Positions 45,277-54,332 of a stretch of 64,000 nucleotides of DNA are shown in pieces; the stretch's first letter is position 1; every line of letters begins with the position of its first letter. Under the pieces are notes generated by a model. The model was not told the origin of the DNA. It saw nothing but the letters and a program-made list of their open reading frames with translations, and did not search any database. Position numbers and translations under genes: made by a program. The DNA comes from a bacterium (GTDB lineage: Bacteria; UBA8248): NCBI GenBank assembly GCA_965204535.1, contig OZ241996.1, positions 1,504,001 through 1,568,000 on the forward strand. Direction: 5' to 3'.

Positions 45277-47001
45277 CTATTCCCGGGCCGCTAAGGGCGT
45301 ATACGTCTTGAGCGGGTCCGTATCGAACAATATCCCGCCGTCCGCCCCGTGCGCGAGGCGCGTGACGAAACTGCAGTTCGCCTCGTCCGTCTCGGGATAA
45401 TCCAGCCGGAAATGCGCCCCCCGGCTCTCTTCCCTTTTGAGCGCGGCGGTGGCGAGGAGTTTCCCCAGAAGCGCCAGGTTCCGGACCGAGAGCGCGCTTT
45501 CGAGTTCCTGGCCTTTCGTTTTCTCAGAGGCGCGCGCGCCGTCATCGAGCCGCATGTGGAGGATATCCTCGCTCTCGATGCGCGCATATTCATCCAGCGC
45601 ATACCGGCAGCCCCCGGCGTCGCGTATGGGGCCGAGCTTCTCGTGCGCGAGCATCCGGCAGCGCATGCGCACGTCCTTTTGCAGCGGGCCCTCCTCGCGC
45701 TCGATGAGCGCTTCCAGCCAGGTGCGCTCCGCTTCGGGAATGCCGCCGAAAACAGCCGGCGCGTCCCGTCCGCTCGCCTTCACCTGCTCAGAAACCGCCC
45801 GCCCGGCCCGCCTCCCGTAGACCAGCGAGGCCGAAAGCGCCGAGCCGCCGATGCGGTTGCCGCCGTGAATGCCGCCCCCCGTCTCGCCCGCGGCCCAAAG
45901 GCCCGGCACGCGCGTTTTTCCATTAACGTCTATCTCCAGACCGCCGAGCCATGTGTGGCTGCCCGGCGCCACTTCGAGCGGCGTTTTCGTGATGTCGATT
46001 CCGCGCGAGAGGCACGTCTTGTATACGTGGGGGATCTGTTTCTGGATCGTCTCCATGGGGACTTTCGTCGCGTCCATGTAGATGCCGCCCGTTAAGCCCG
46101 CTCTCCCTGCGTGAATCTCCTTCGCCATGGCGAGGATGACCTCGCTGCGCGTGCTTTTTTCCGCCGTGTCGGGGAAATAGCGCTTCAGGAACGCCTCGCC
46201 CTCCTGGTTCAGGAAAATGGCGCCCGCGTTGATGAACCCGGTGGGATGCGGCGCGAAGCCAAACAACTCCTCGGGCGCGCAGCACATGGCCTGAAAATCG
46301 ATCATCTCGATGCCGAGGAGCGCGGCGCCCGCCCGAAAGCCCAGCACGTAGCCGTCGCCCGTCACCTGCGGCGGGTTGTCGTTCACGTAGAAAAGGCCGC
46401 TCCCGCCCCCGGTGGCGAGAATCACCTCGCGCGCGGCGTAGACCATGAGGCACCCGCGCGAGTAGTCCACCCCCCATGCGCCGATGACGCGGCCCCCTTC
46501 GGTGATGAGGTCCACGACCGCCACATGGGGATGCTGGCCGATGCGGGCGTCGCCCCTAAGCCTTTTCGAGAGCACCTTGGTGACCATGTTGCCCGTGGTG
46601 TCGTGGTGGTGCAGGGCGCGGGGATAGGTATGGCTCGGGAACATCTTGAGGTCGAGGTCTCCCTCATCGTCCGTGATGAACTCCGCCCCCCACTCGCGCA
46701 TGTCGTGCACGACGTCGATGATGTCGTACACCCAGGTTCTCGCCAGTTCGGGGTCGATGAGCTCGCCGCCGTATTTCAGGATTTCCTGCAGGTGAAGCTC
46801 CGGGCTGTCGCCGGGCGCCATCGCCGCGGCGAATCCGCCTCGCGCCACGGTCGTCGTACCGCTGGTTGCCCTGCCCTTGGTGGCCTGGATGACGCGCACG
46901 CCCGCCTGCGCGCACTCGAAGGCGGCCATCGTGCCCGCTGCGCCCCCGCCCACGATCAACACGTCGGTCTCGTGGCGTTCTTCCGCGATGTTTCCCGCCA
47001 T
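45277..47001 (-). CDS. SdhA/FrdA/NadB-family FAD-dependent oxidoreductase
   Basis: GGGAAG, ILATGG, TGDG, GLWAAGE, HGGNRIGG, REESRGAHFRLDYP. Confidence 0.88.
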   Translation of the reverse strand: MAGNIAEERHETDVLIVGGGAAGTMAAFECAQAGVRVIQATKGRATSGTTTVARGGFAAAMAPGDSPELHLQEILKYGGELIDPELARTWVYDIIDVVHDMREWGAEFITDDEGDLDLKMFPSHTYPRALHHHDTTGNMVTKVLSKRLRGDARIGQHPHVAVVDLITEGGRVIGAWGVDYSRGCLMVYAAREVILATGGGSGLFYVNDNPPQVTGDGYVLGFRAGAALLGIEMIDFQAMCCAPEELFGFAPHPTGFINAGAIFLNQEGEAFLKRYFPDTAEKSTRSEVILAMAKEIHAGRAGLTGGIYMDATKVPMETIQKQIPHVYKTCLSRGIDITKTPLEVAPGSHTWLGGLEIDVNGKTRVPGLWAAGETGGGIHGGNRIGGSALSASLVYGRRAGRAVSEQVKASGRDAPAVFGGIPEAERTWLEALIEREEGPLQKDVRMRCRMLAHEKLGPIRDAGGCRYALDEYARIESEDILHMRLDDGARASEKTKGQELESALSVRNLALLGKLLATAALKREESRGAHFRLDYPETDEANCSFVTRLAHGADGGILFDTDPLKTYTPLAARE

Positions 47002-47266
47002 CTGAATCGTCCTTTCGGGCCAATGATTTATGAAGAAAAAAAATTACGGGCGCATCTTAAACCATTTGAGGGGAAAAGACCGCCCGCGCCGGGTTTTCGA
47101 GGCAACCGGGCCGCGGCCCCTCGATGCGCGGCTTCGCCACTGCTCCAGGTGGCGAAGGCGACGGCTCCCCTCTTCGCCCAGGATGATGACGCGAACTTCA
47201 CCCGCGCTTATAATGGCGGCGCATCGCCCGGCTGCGGCCTTACGGAAACGGAGGGAATCCTGAACC

Positions 47267-47602
47267 ATGACGCGAGTAGACGACGCGCTTCTACGGCGGA
47301 TGGTAAAGACCATCGTGGATGAGGTCGACCCCGAGCAGGTGATCCTCTTCGGCTCACGCGCACGCGGCGACGCGGTGGCGGATTCCGACGTGGATTTCGT
47401 GGTGGTGGAAGCCGCCCCCTTTAAGGAGGGGCGGGACAGGCGCTCCGAAACGACGCGGCTTTGGCGCGCGCTGGCGGGTTTCGACGTTTCCAAGGATATT
47501 TTGCTCTTCAGCAGCGATGAAGTGGAATACTGGCGCGACTCCTTGAACCACGTCCTGGCGCGCGCCCTGCGCGAAGGCGAAGTGCTCTATGAGCGACCCT
47601 AA
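47267..47602 (+). CDS. Minimal nucleotidyltransferase (MNT antitoxin)
   Basis: VILFGSRARGDAVADSDVDFVVV; ALREGEVLYERP; GGAGG RBS. Confidence 0.88.
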   Translation: MTRVDDALLRRMVKTIVDEVDPEQVILFGSRARGDAVADSDVDFVVVEAAPFKEGRDRRSETTRLWRALAGFDVSKDILLFSSDEVEYWRDSLNHVLARALREGEVLYERP

Positions 47603-47644
47603 ACAGGCCCGCGTGCTCCTGGAGGCGGCGGAGCGGGACGTTCT
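47589..47644 (+). pseudogene. Truncated HEPN partner gene (N-terminal remnant)
   Basis: MSDPKQARVLLEAAERD overlaps the MNT stop as a cognate HEPN start would. Similarity ends at a repeat at 47645 and the frame runs antisense into the next gene. Confidence 0.6.
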
Positions 47645-47710
47645 TCGACGCGCGGCTTCGACACTGCTGCATGAGAAGGATAGATTGAAGATTACGCGGC
47701 CTCCGAGCCC

Positions 47711-48955
47711 TCATCCCCGCGCGAGCATCCCGATCATCTTCTCCGCGCAGGCATCGGCGAAAGCCGGGTCGTTGATGTGGAGATCGAGCGTGACGATCTC
47801 CCCCGTCTTCAGGTGCTCCGCCAGCGAGGCGGCAAAGGCGGCGTCCGCCTCGGGCTGACGCCAATCGCCCGCATCGCGTCCTTCCAGATCGTGGGCTTTT
47901 CGTTTCGTGTGCTCGCTGTAGCCTTTCGTGGGTATCAGTACCGAGAGAGGCCCTTTGGCGCGGTTCAACTTTTCCGCCATCAGGACGCCGAGCGCCTCGA
48001 ACTCCTCCCTGTTCGTGCGCATGAGGAGGTTTTGCGCGTTGTACTGGAAGAACGCCCGTTTTTGATATTTCCCGGGCACCTGGCCCGTCCAGAAATTCGC
48101 GTGATCGAGCGCGCCCGGCACCACGACCTGGGGAATACCTGCTGCACCCGCCGCCTCGAGCCTCCCCGCGCCCGCGCTGTACACGCCGTCCACCAGCAGG
48201 TCCGTGAGTTCGTGCGTGGTGACGTCCACCACGCCGGCCAACTCACCCAGCCCGGCCAGGGATTCCAGCGCGCGTCCGCCGGGTCCCGAGGCGTGAAAGA
48301 ACATGACCTCATAGCCCGCCTCGGTGAGCCGCCTTTCCACCTGTTCGACGCACGCCGCCGTCCCGCCGAAAGATGACACCCCGATGAGGGGCGGCGCGGA
48401 ACTATCGCTCTCTCCCTCCGCCTCCTCCTGTTTCACCATCCCCGCCAGAGCAAGAGCGGCGTTCTTCAGCACCCCGCGCGTGATGCGGTTCAGGGAGATA
48501 TCGCCGATGGAGGGAAACATGATGATGTCGCTCTCGGCCACATACCACTGCACGGCCGCCGTGGCGGCGACGACGCTCACCATCACCTTGGGCGCGAGGG
48601 GCGGCAGCGCGCGCATGATGGCGCAGGCCATCGAGGTCCCGTTCGCACCGCCGAGGCCGACCGCGCCGTGTATTTCGCCTTCCCGATATTTTTCGGCCAC
48701 AACCCGCCTTCCGCCTTCCATCATGATTTCCGAGGCGGCGTTTCTCTCCATATCAGCGAGATCATCCCAACTCCGCCCGGCTGCGGCCGCCACCTCCGCG
48801 CCGGTGACATCTGCACCACCGGCCTCGTGCGGCTTACAGGACAAATCCACCAGGAGGGGTTTTACGCCCGATTCTGAGAGCGCATCCGCTATGAAGCGCG
48901 CCTCCGGCCCCTTGCTGTCCATCGTCACCAATATGGCTACACCCGGTTTCGACAT
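47711..48955 (-). CDS. Tm-1-like ATP-binding domain protein (UPF0261)
   Basis: TMDSKGPE, GGANGT, PKVMVS, FHASGPGG, DVTTHE, GRLEAA, PGALD, HINDPAFA. Confidence 0.9.
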   Translation of the reverse strand: MSKPGVAILVTMDSKGPEARFIADALSESGVKPLLVDLSCKPHEAGGADVTGAEVAAAAGRSWDDLADMERNAASEIMMEGGRRVVAEKYREGEIHGAVGLGGANGTSMACAIMRALPPLAPKVMVSVVAATAAVQWYVAESDIIMFPSIGDISLNRITRGVLKNAALALAGMVKQEEAEGESDSSAPPLIGVSSFGGTAACVEQVERRLTEAGYEVMFFHASGPGGRALESLAGLGELAGVVDVTTHELTDLLVDGVYSAGAGRLEAAGAAGIPQVVVPGALDHANFWTGQVPGKYQKRAFFQYNAQNLLMRTNREEFEALGVLMAEKLNRAKGPLSVLIPTKGYSEHTKRKAHDLEGRDAGDWRQPEADAAFAASLAEHLKTGEIVTLDLHINDPAFADACAEKMIGMLARG

Positions 48956-49013
48956 TTTTCCTTACCCGATAAATTGGTCATCTAAAGATGATGCCAATCG
49001 CGTGCGCACATGC

Positions 49014-49850
49014 CTATTTCCGCAAGCGCACAGATTTGAAACCCTGCGCCGCCCTGGGCACGGCATTCTCCACCGGAAAGCGTTCGGCGGAGGAGCCGCC
49101 CACATAGCCGTCGAAGCGGCTCTCCATGTCGAGAAGCCTCTCGAAATCGGCGGGCGTCTCAATCGCGCCCCCGTGACAGGTGAAGATTCTTTCCCCGTAT
49201 TTCGGCAATAAAGCGTCGAATATCGCCGCCGCCCGCTGCGCGGCCAGCTCGAGCGGCATCACCGTTTTGGAACCGATGGAACCGCCCGAGCTGTTCCCGA
49301 AATGGATGATAATGTTGTCCACGCCCGCTTCCGCCATGGCGAGGGCCTCATCCGGCGTCGTCGTGAAGGCTTTGGTGAACATGCCCTTTCGGCTCGCATA
49401 GCCCAGAACGTCGACTTCTTTCGAAAAACCCATACCGGTTTCCTCCAGGTCTTTCCTGAAATTCCCGTCGATTAAGGCGACGGTGGGGCAGTTCATCACC
49501 CCGTGGAAGCCCGCCGCTGCAATTTTATCCACGAACCCGGACATGTCTCTCGTGGGGTCCGCTCCCAGAAGGCCCGCGACCACGGGGCATTCCCGCACGA
49601 CGTTCAAGATGGAGCGCTCACCCAGTTCGAGCGTGATGGCGTTCGCGTCTCCGATGGGCAGGTAGCCCGCCATCGAACTCAGACCCTGCATCCGGTAGTA
49701 GGCTAGGTTGAAGGTGGTGACGAGGTCCGCTCCGCCGCGCGCGGCGAATTTCGCCGTGATGCCGCTCCCGCAAAGTGCGTCATAAACCGCGCGCCCGGCG
49801 TCCCTCTCGGCCCGCAGGCGGGCCGCGATTCCATCCCGGGAGAAGTCCAT
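49014..49850 (-). CDS. Phosphoenolpyruvate hydrolase-like TIM-barrel protein (Tm-1 C-terminal homolog)
   Basis: GSGITAK, GYLPIGDAN, PTVALIDG.FR..LEETGM, HGGAI, GGSSAER. Confidence 0.88.
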   Translation of the reverse strand: MDFSRDGIAARLRAERDAGRAVYDALCGSGITAKFAARGGADLVTTFNLAYYRMQGLSSMAGYLPIGDANAITLELGERSILNVVRECPVVAGLLGADPTRDMSGFVDKIAAAGFHGVMNCPTVALIDGNFRKDLEETGMGFSKEVDVLGYASRKGMFTKAFTTTPDEALAMAEAGVDNIIIHFGNSSGGSIGSKTVMPLELAAQRAAAIFDALLPKYGERIFTCHGGAIETPADFERLLDMESRFDGYVGGSSAERFPVENAVPRAAQGFKSVRLRK

Positions 49851-49869
49851 ATATAAATTATCCTCTAAA

Positions 49870-49882
49870 TATCAATAAGTTA
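49870..49882. promoter_or_regulatory. IHF-consensus site in an AT-rich leader
   Basis: TATCAATAAGTTA matches WATCAANNNNTTR. Confidence 0.4.
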
Positions 49883-50187
49883 GCTGGTATTTCCCAGAGG
49901 TTACTCAATATGTTACCACATAAGCGTTTATGATACAGCGTGGTAATGTATTTTGATGTATTTTCTACTTGAAACCATACCCGCCTTTGTGTGAAAATAG
50001 GACATGGAAGAGGCAGGCGACCTATCGCCTTCAAAATCATATTGTTCCAAGGATAAGTTCCAGTGGTCCCGTTCGCCCGAGCCGCTCCGCCCTGTTTTCC
50101 GGGTGGAGCGGCACGGGGCCACACCTGACCGGTTACAGACATCATTCAAATCGGCTGAGTGAAATCGCGGAAATTCTACGGCCCTCT

Positions 50188-52320
50188 TCAGGTCCTGTCC
50201 GCCAGGAACGCCTCGGCCACGAATATCCCCCCCAGTGCGAGAAACAAAAGCGCGCCCAGGTCGATGAGCCTCAAGATAGAGCGCAGCGGGTCCGAATCGT
50301 TCGCAGGCAAATCACGCACGTCGAGTTTCTCGAGTGTTTCCCTGAAAATGCTCATCTCCACGGGGGAGATTTTCGCCTCGGATGCGGGCGCATTCACGGC
50401 CACGAAATGTTTTTCATCGGGCGTGAGCACGCGGTAAAAGCCCGCGCGGTAGGCGTCGCGGTAATAGGCGACGGCGCCGCCGCTTCCCGCCTTGCCCAGC
50501 CTGAGCCCCTCGGCGGGCGCAGGCTCGGAACCCGATGCTTTTTCCGTGAATTGAATCGCGCGCTCTTCCCGCGCCGGGCCGCGTATCTGTATCGCCTCCC
50601 CGACCCGCCGGACGGGCGCCCTGATTTCGAACGCCTCTCCCGCATCCGCAGACGAAGACACCCCCTTGTGGATGCCTCCCAGAAAGTCCGAAACGCCCCT
50701 CATGAAGGGAACGAAAACGGGGCGCACGGCGAGGTCAGTCCAGTCCCGATCGCACGTGGAGCCCCACACCATCACCTGGCCCGAACCCACCGAGCCGACG
50801 ACGAGCACGGGGGCGCCGTCCGGCAGTTCCAGCAGAGCCCGTCCGCCTCTCGCAGGCTCCAGCGGCGTGATCCGGGCCAGACGCAGGGCGGAGAAAAACC
50901 GTCCGCCGTTCACCCCCAGCAGGGAGAAGGCCGGGTGCGCCTCCTCGCCTTGCGTGATCTTGAGGTTTCGGGACGGGCGCAGCGTGACGGGTCCTTTCGC
51001 CGTGGCCGGCAGCCAGCCGAGCCCTGCGGTCATTGCGCTCGACAACTCGCCGGTGGCCCAGAAAAGACCACCGCCTTTTTCGACGAAATTCCTCAGCCCC
51101 TGCTTCGCCCGGTCGGGCCAGCCGCCCAGGTTGCAGGCGATGACGTAGTCGTACTCGTCCCATGGCACGTCATTCAGTTCATAAGACGCCACGACGCGCG
51201 TCAGCACGGGGGATTCTCCGCCCAAAGGGGCCGCGCTCAGGGCGTTGACGATGAAAAAGGTCTCGCTGTCCTGGAGCCCGCGCTTCGGGTCCCCGTCGAT
51301 GACCAGCGCGCGCAGGCGCTTTCCGATGCCCGCCGCGAAGTAGAAGCGGTTCGTCGCCGAGAGGTTGTCCTCCGGCAACTCGAGGCGGCCGTAGAGCACG
51401 CCCTTCTCGGGCGCGTTCACCCGAAAACTCACCGGGCCCGCCCCGTTCGGTTCGAGGTCCACCTCTATCGTTTCCTGCAACTCCTCGCTCACGTACAACC
51501 GTACGGGGACTTTTGATTTCTTCTCCTCTCCCCGATTGAAGACGCGCGCGCCGATGGTGAAGGAAAAACCCGCCTTGGGCGGCCACGGCTTCATCTTCAC
51601 GTCCTGGAAGCTCAAATCCTCCACCCCGGCCTCGGGGGCCACGCGCACGAATTGCAGATGCACGTGCGGGTTCCATTGCTTGAGATTGCGAATTTGAAAC
51701 GACTCCCAGTCGCCCCGGGCGAAATCGCTGAAAACGACGATGTTCCTCCGCCCCGCTTTGGGCGATGCGTTCTCGAGCGCATGCTGGAGGACGCGGGCGG
51801 GCGCTCCCCTGGCGTCGGTCTGGCGGACCTGCTCCAGGGCCGCGAGCGCATCCTCGCGCTTCAACTCCTTGAGTGGCGCGGCGGCCGGTTCCCCCGCGGT
51901 CGCCGCGATGCTCATGCGGCCCGCATCCGACATGTCCTCAATCATCCGCCGCACGGCGCGTTTGGCCACGTCGAAACGACTGCCCTTTTCCGTCTCAAAC
52001 GCCATGCTGGCCGAATTGTCGATCACCGCGACGGTATGCTCGGGGAACCATCCGACGCCCGCCACGCCGCCTTCGGTTTCGAGAAGGGGGCGCGACGCCA
52101 GGAAGATGATGATCCCCACGGCGCACACCCGCAGAAACAGGAGTATCCAGTTTCTGAGTCTGCTGCGGTTCGTGATGCGGCGCTGCGTCCTGAGCAGGAA
52201 CTCGAACGTGGGGAGGCGGTATCTGCGGACAAGGCGCCTCCTCAGCAGGTGAATCAGGATGGGAAGAAAAACGAGCCCCATCCCCCAGAGAAGCGCTGCG
52301 TGTAAAAACTGGAAACTCAT
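50188..52320 (-). CDS. BatA N-terminal + VWA domain membrane protein
   Basis: LPILIHLL...LR, MIDAS-like DNSASM, FSDF, C-terminal TM segment. Confidence 0.85.
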   Translation of the reverse strand: MSFQFLHAALLWGMGLVFLPILIHLLRRRLVRRYRLPTFEFLLRTQRRITNRSRLRNWILLFLRVCAVGIIIFLASRPLLETEGGVAGVGWFPEHTVAVIDNSASMAFETEKGSRFDVAKRAVRRMIEDMSDAGRMSIAATAGEPAAAPLKELKREDALAALEQVRQTDARGAPARVLQHALENASPKAGRRNIVVFSDFARGDWESFQIRNLKQWNPHVHLQFVRVAPEAGVEDLSFQDVKMKPWPPKAGFSFTIGARVFNRGEEKKSKVPVRLYVSEELQETIEVDLEPNGAGPVSFRVNAPEKGVLYGRLELPEDNLSATNRFYFAAGIGKRLRALVIDGDPKRGLQDSETFFIVNALSAAPLGGESPVLTRVVASYELNDVPWDEYDYVIACNLGGWPDRAKQGLRNFVEKGGGLFWATGELSSAMTAGLGWLPATAKGPVTLRPSRNLKITQGEEAHPAFSLLGVNGGRFFSALRLARITPLEPARGGRALLELPDGAPVLVVGSVGSGQVMVWGSTCDRDWTDLAVRPVFVPFMRGVSDFLGGIHKGVSSSADAGEAFEIRAPVRRVGEAIQIRGPAREERAIQFTEKASGSEPAPAEGLRLGKAGSGGAVAYYRDAYRAGFYRVLTPDEKHFVAVNAPASEAKISPVEMSIFRETLEKLDVRDLPANDSDPLRSILRLIDLGALLFLALGGIFVAEAFLADRT

Positions 52321-52344
52321 CTCCCCTTCTCCCCAAGCGCCCCG

Positions 52345-53238
52345 CTATATCCTCGAGCGACTGCGCCACGCCAGAAAGCGGATGAGGCCCCTGTCCAGCG
52401 GCTCGGCCGTCGAGACGAGATGATAGTCCACCCCCAAGTCCGCACACCGTTCGCGCGTTTGCTCAAGAAATTCCTCCAGAAGCCCAAGATAGGGCCGCTT
52501 CACCACCTCGCATTCCACGGTGATGTTCCTGTCGATCTCGACGTCGTCCATCCTGGCGAGGCCTTCGAAGGGAAACTCGAGCTCCACGCTGTCGAGGATG
52601 TGGAATACGATGACGTCGCTCCCCTTGAGGCACAGGAGTTTGAGCGCCTTTTCCACGGCCTCGGGGTCATCGAGCAAATCGGAAACGACCACGACGAGCC
52701 CCCTTCGCTTCAGGCGTTCCGCCAGGTCAAGCATCGAACGCGCGATTCCGGTTCCCCCGGCGGGGGTGGCCGCCTGAAGGCCCGCCAGCAGGGTCAGCAA
52801 GTGCTTTCTGATCGATTTGGGCGGAACCTGCACGTCTTCGGTTTCATGGGAAATCACCAGCCCCACCGAATCGGACTGGCCCAGCAGCAGATGCGACATG
52901 GCCGAGGAGAGCGTGGCCGCATACGCCCACTTGCTCAGGGGCCCGTCGCCGAAGTCCATCGAGGCGCTCGCGTCGACGACGAGATGCGCGTAGAGGTTCG
53001 TCTCGTCCTCGTATTGCTTCACGAGGTAGCGGTCGAATTTCCCGTAGGCCTTCCAGTCGATGTGCCGGAGTTCATCGCCCGGGCTGTACGCCCGGTGTTC
53101 CTCGAAATCGACGCTGAAACCGCGCGAGCGGCTCCTGTGCACGCCGCTCATCAGGCCCTCGACCACGTGGCGGGCGCGCAGCTGGAGGTTGGACAAACGC
53201 GAGATGACGAGGGGGTCGAAATACAGATCCGTGTTCAA
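52345..53238 (-). CDS. DUF58 domain protein
   Basis: G.HRS..RGFSVDFEEHRAYSPGDELRHIDWK, DASASM, SDLLD. TTG start at 53238 after GAGGGA. Confidence 0.9.
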   Translation of the reverse strand: MNTDLYFDPLVISRLSNLQLRARHVVEGLMSGVHRSRSRGFSVDFEEHRAYSPGDELRHIDWKAYGKFDRYLVKQYEDETNLYAHLVVDASASMDFGDGPLSKWAYAATLSSAMSHLLLGQSDSVGLVISHETEDVQVPPKSIRKHLLTLLAGLQAATPAGGTGIARSMLDLAERLKRRGLVVVVSDLLDDPEAVEKALKLLCLKGSDVIVFHILDSVELEFPFEGLARMDDVEIDRNITVECEVVKRPYLGLLEEFLEQTRERCADLGVDYHLVSTAEPLDRGLIRFLAWRSRSRI

Positions 53239-53261
53239 GCCGATTCCCTCTGAGCAGGCGT

Positions 53262-54314
53262 CTACGCGGCTTCGGTGGCCTCCGCCGGGGGCGCGATGGT
53301 TTCGAGCAGTTGCCGTATCAGGGAGACGGAGTCGTGGCCTTCCGCCTGTCCCCGGAAGTTCACCAGAATCCGGTGGCGCAACACGGGTTCGGCCAGCGCC
53401 CGCACGTCCTCGATGGTGGCGGCGTAGCGGCCCCGGAGCAGCGCCCGCGCCCGCGCGCCCAGAATCAGATACTGGCTCGCCCTCGGACCCGCGCCCCACT
53501 CCACGAAATTGCGGACGAATTCCGGAGCGCTCTCGTCGTCGGGGCGGGATGCGCGCGCGAGCGACACCGCGTATTCCACCACGTAGGGAGCCGCCGGGAC
53601 GCGGCGCACCAGTTCCTGAAACGCCAGAATCTGCTCGTTGTTCATGATTTCTTCGAGTTTGGGGTCGTAGTTCGAGGTCGTCTGCGCGACGATTTCCTTC
53701 TCCTCCGCCAGACTCGGGTACGACACCCCGATCTCGAACATGAACCTGTCCAGCTGCGCTTCGGGCAGCGGATAGGTGCCTTCCTGCTCCACGGGGTTCT
53801 GGGTCGCGAGAACGAAAAACGGCGGGTTCAGATAGTGCGCCTGCCCGCCGGCCGTCACGTGCAGCTCCTGCATGGCCTGCAGAAGCGCCGCCTGCGTCTT
53901 GGGCGACGTGCGGTTGATCTCGTCCGCCAGCAGTATCTGCGTGAAGATGGGTCCGCGAATGAAGCGGAAAGAGCGCCTCCCCTCCATGGTGTCGTCGAGT
54001 ATGTCCGTGCCCGTGATGTCCGAGGGCATCAGATCGGGCGTGAACTGGATGCGGTTGAAATCGAGCTGCAGCACGCGGGCCAGGGTGCGTATGAGCAGGG
54101 TTTTCGCCAGACCCGGCACGCCGACCAGAAGGCAATGACCCTTGGAAAGCAGGGCTATCATGACCAGGTCGATCACTTCCGCCTGTCCGACGATGATCTT
54201 GTGCACCTGCTCGAGGATGGCGTCGCGCTTCACGCCTATCTCGCGCGCCACCTCCACGTCCACCTCGTTCATGCCCGACTCTTCGTTTCCCACAACACCT
54301 GTTTCATCGTTCAT
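53262..54314 (-). CDS. MoxR-family AAA+ ATPase
   Basis: [49 protein letters not shown]. Confidence 0.95.
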   Translation of the reverse strand: MNDETGVVGNEESGMNEVDVEVAREIGVKRDAILEQVHKIIVGQAEVIDLVMIALLSKGHCLLVGVPGLAKTLLIRTLARVLQLDFNRIQFTPDLMPSDITGTDILDDTMEGRRSFRFIRGPIFTQILLADEINRTSPKTQAALLQAMQELHVTAGGQAHYLNPPFFVLATQNPVEQEGTYPLPEAQLDRFMFEIGVSYPSLAEEKEIVAQTTSNYDPKLEEIMNNEQILAFQELVRRVPAAPYVVEYAVSLARASRPDDESAPEFVRNFVEWGAGPRASQYLILGARARALLRGRYAATIEDVRALAEPVLRHRILVNFRGQAEGHDSVSLIRQLLETIAPPAEATEAA

Positions 54315-54332
54315 TGCGAACCGCCTCTCGAT

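Noticed and set aside
47589-47858. 89-aa ORF as an intact HEPN toxin
   Set aside because: Only about 17 N-terminal residues look HEPN-like; the rest is repeat-derived or antisense to the Tm-1-like gene.
53239-54135. N-terminal extension of DUF58 overlapping MoxR, suggesting a frameshift fusion
   Set aside because: MoxR is complete with its own stop, DUF58 has its own RBS and TTG at 53238, and no slippery site was seen.
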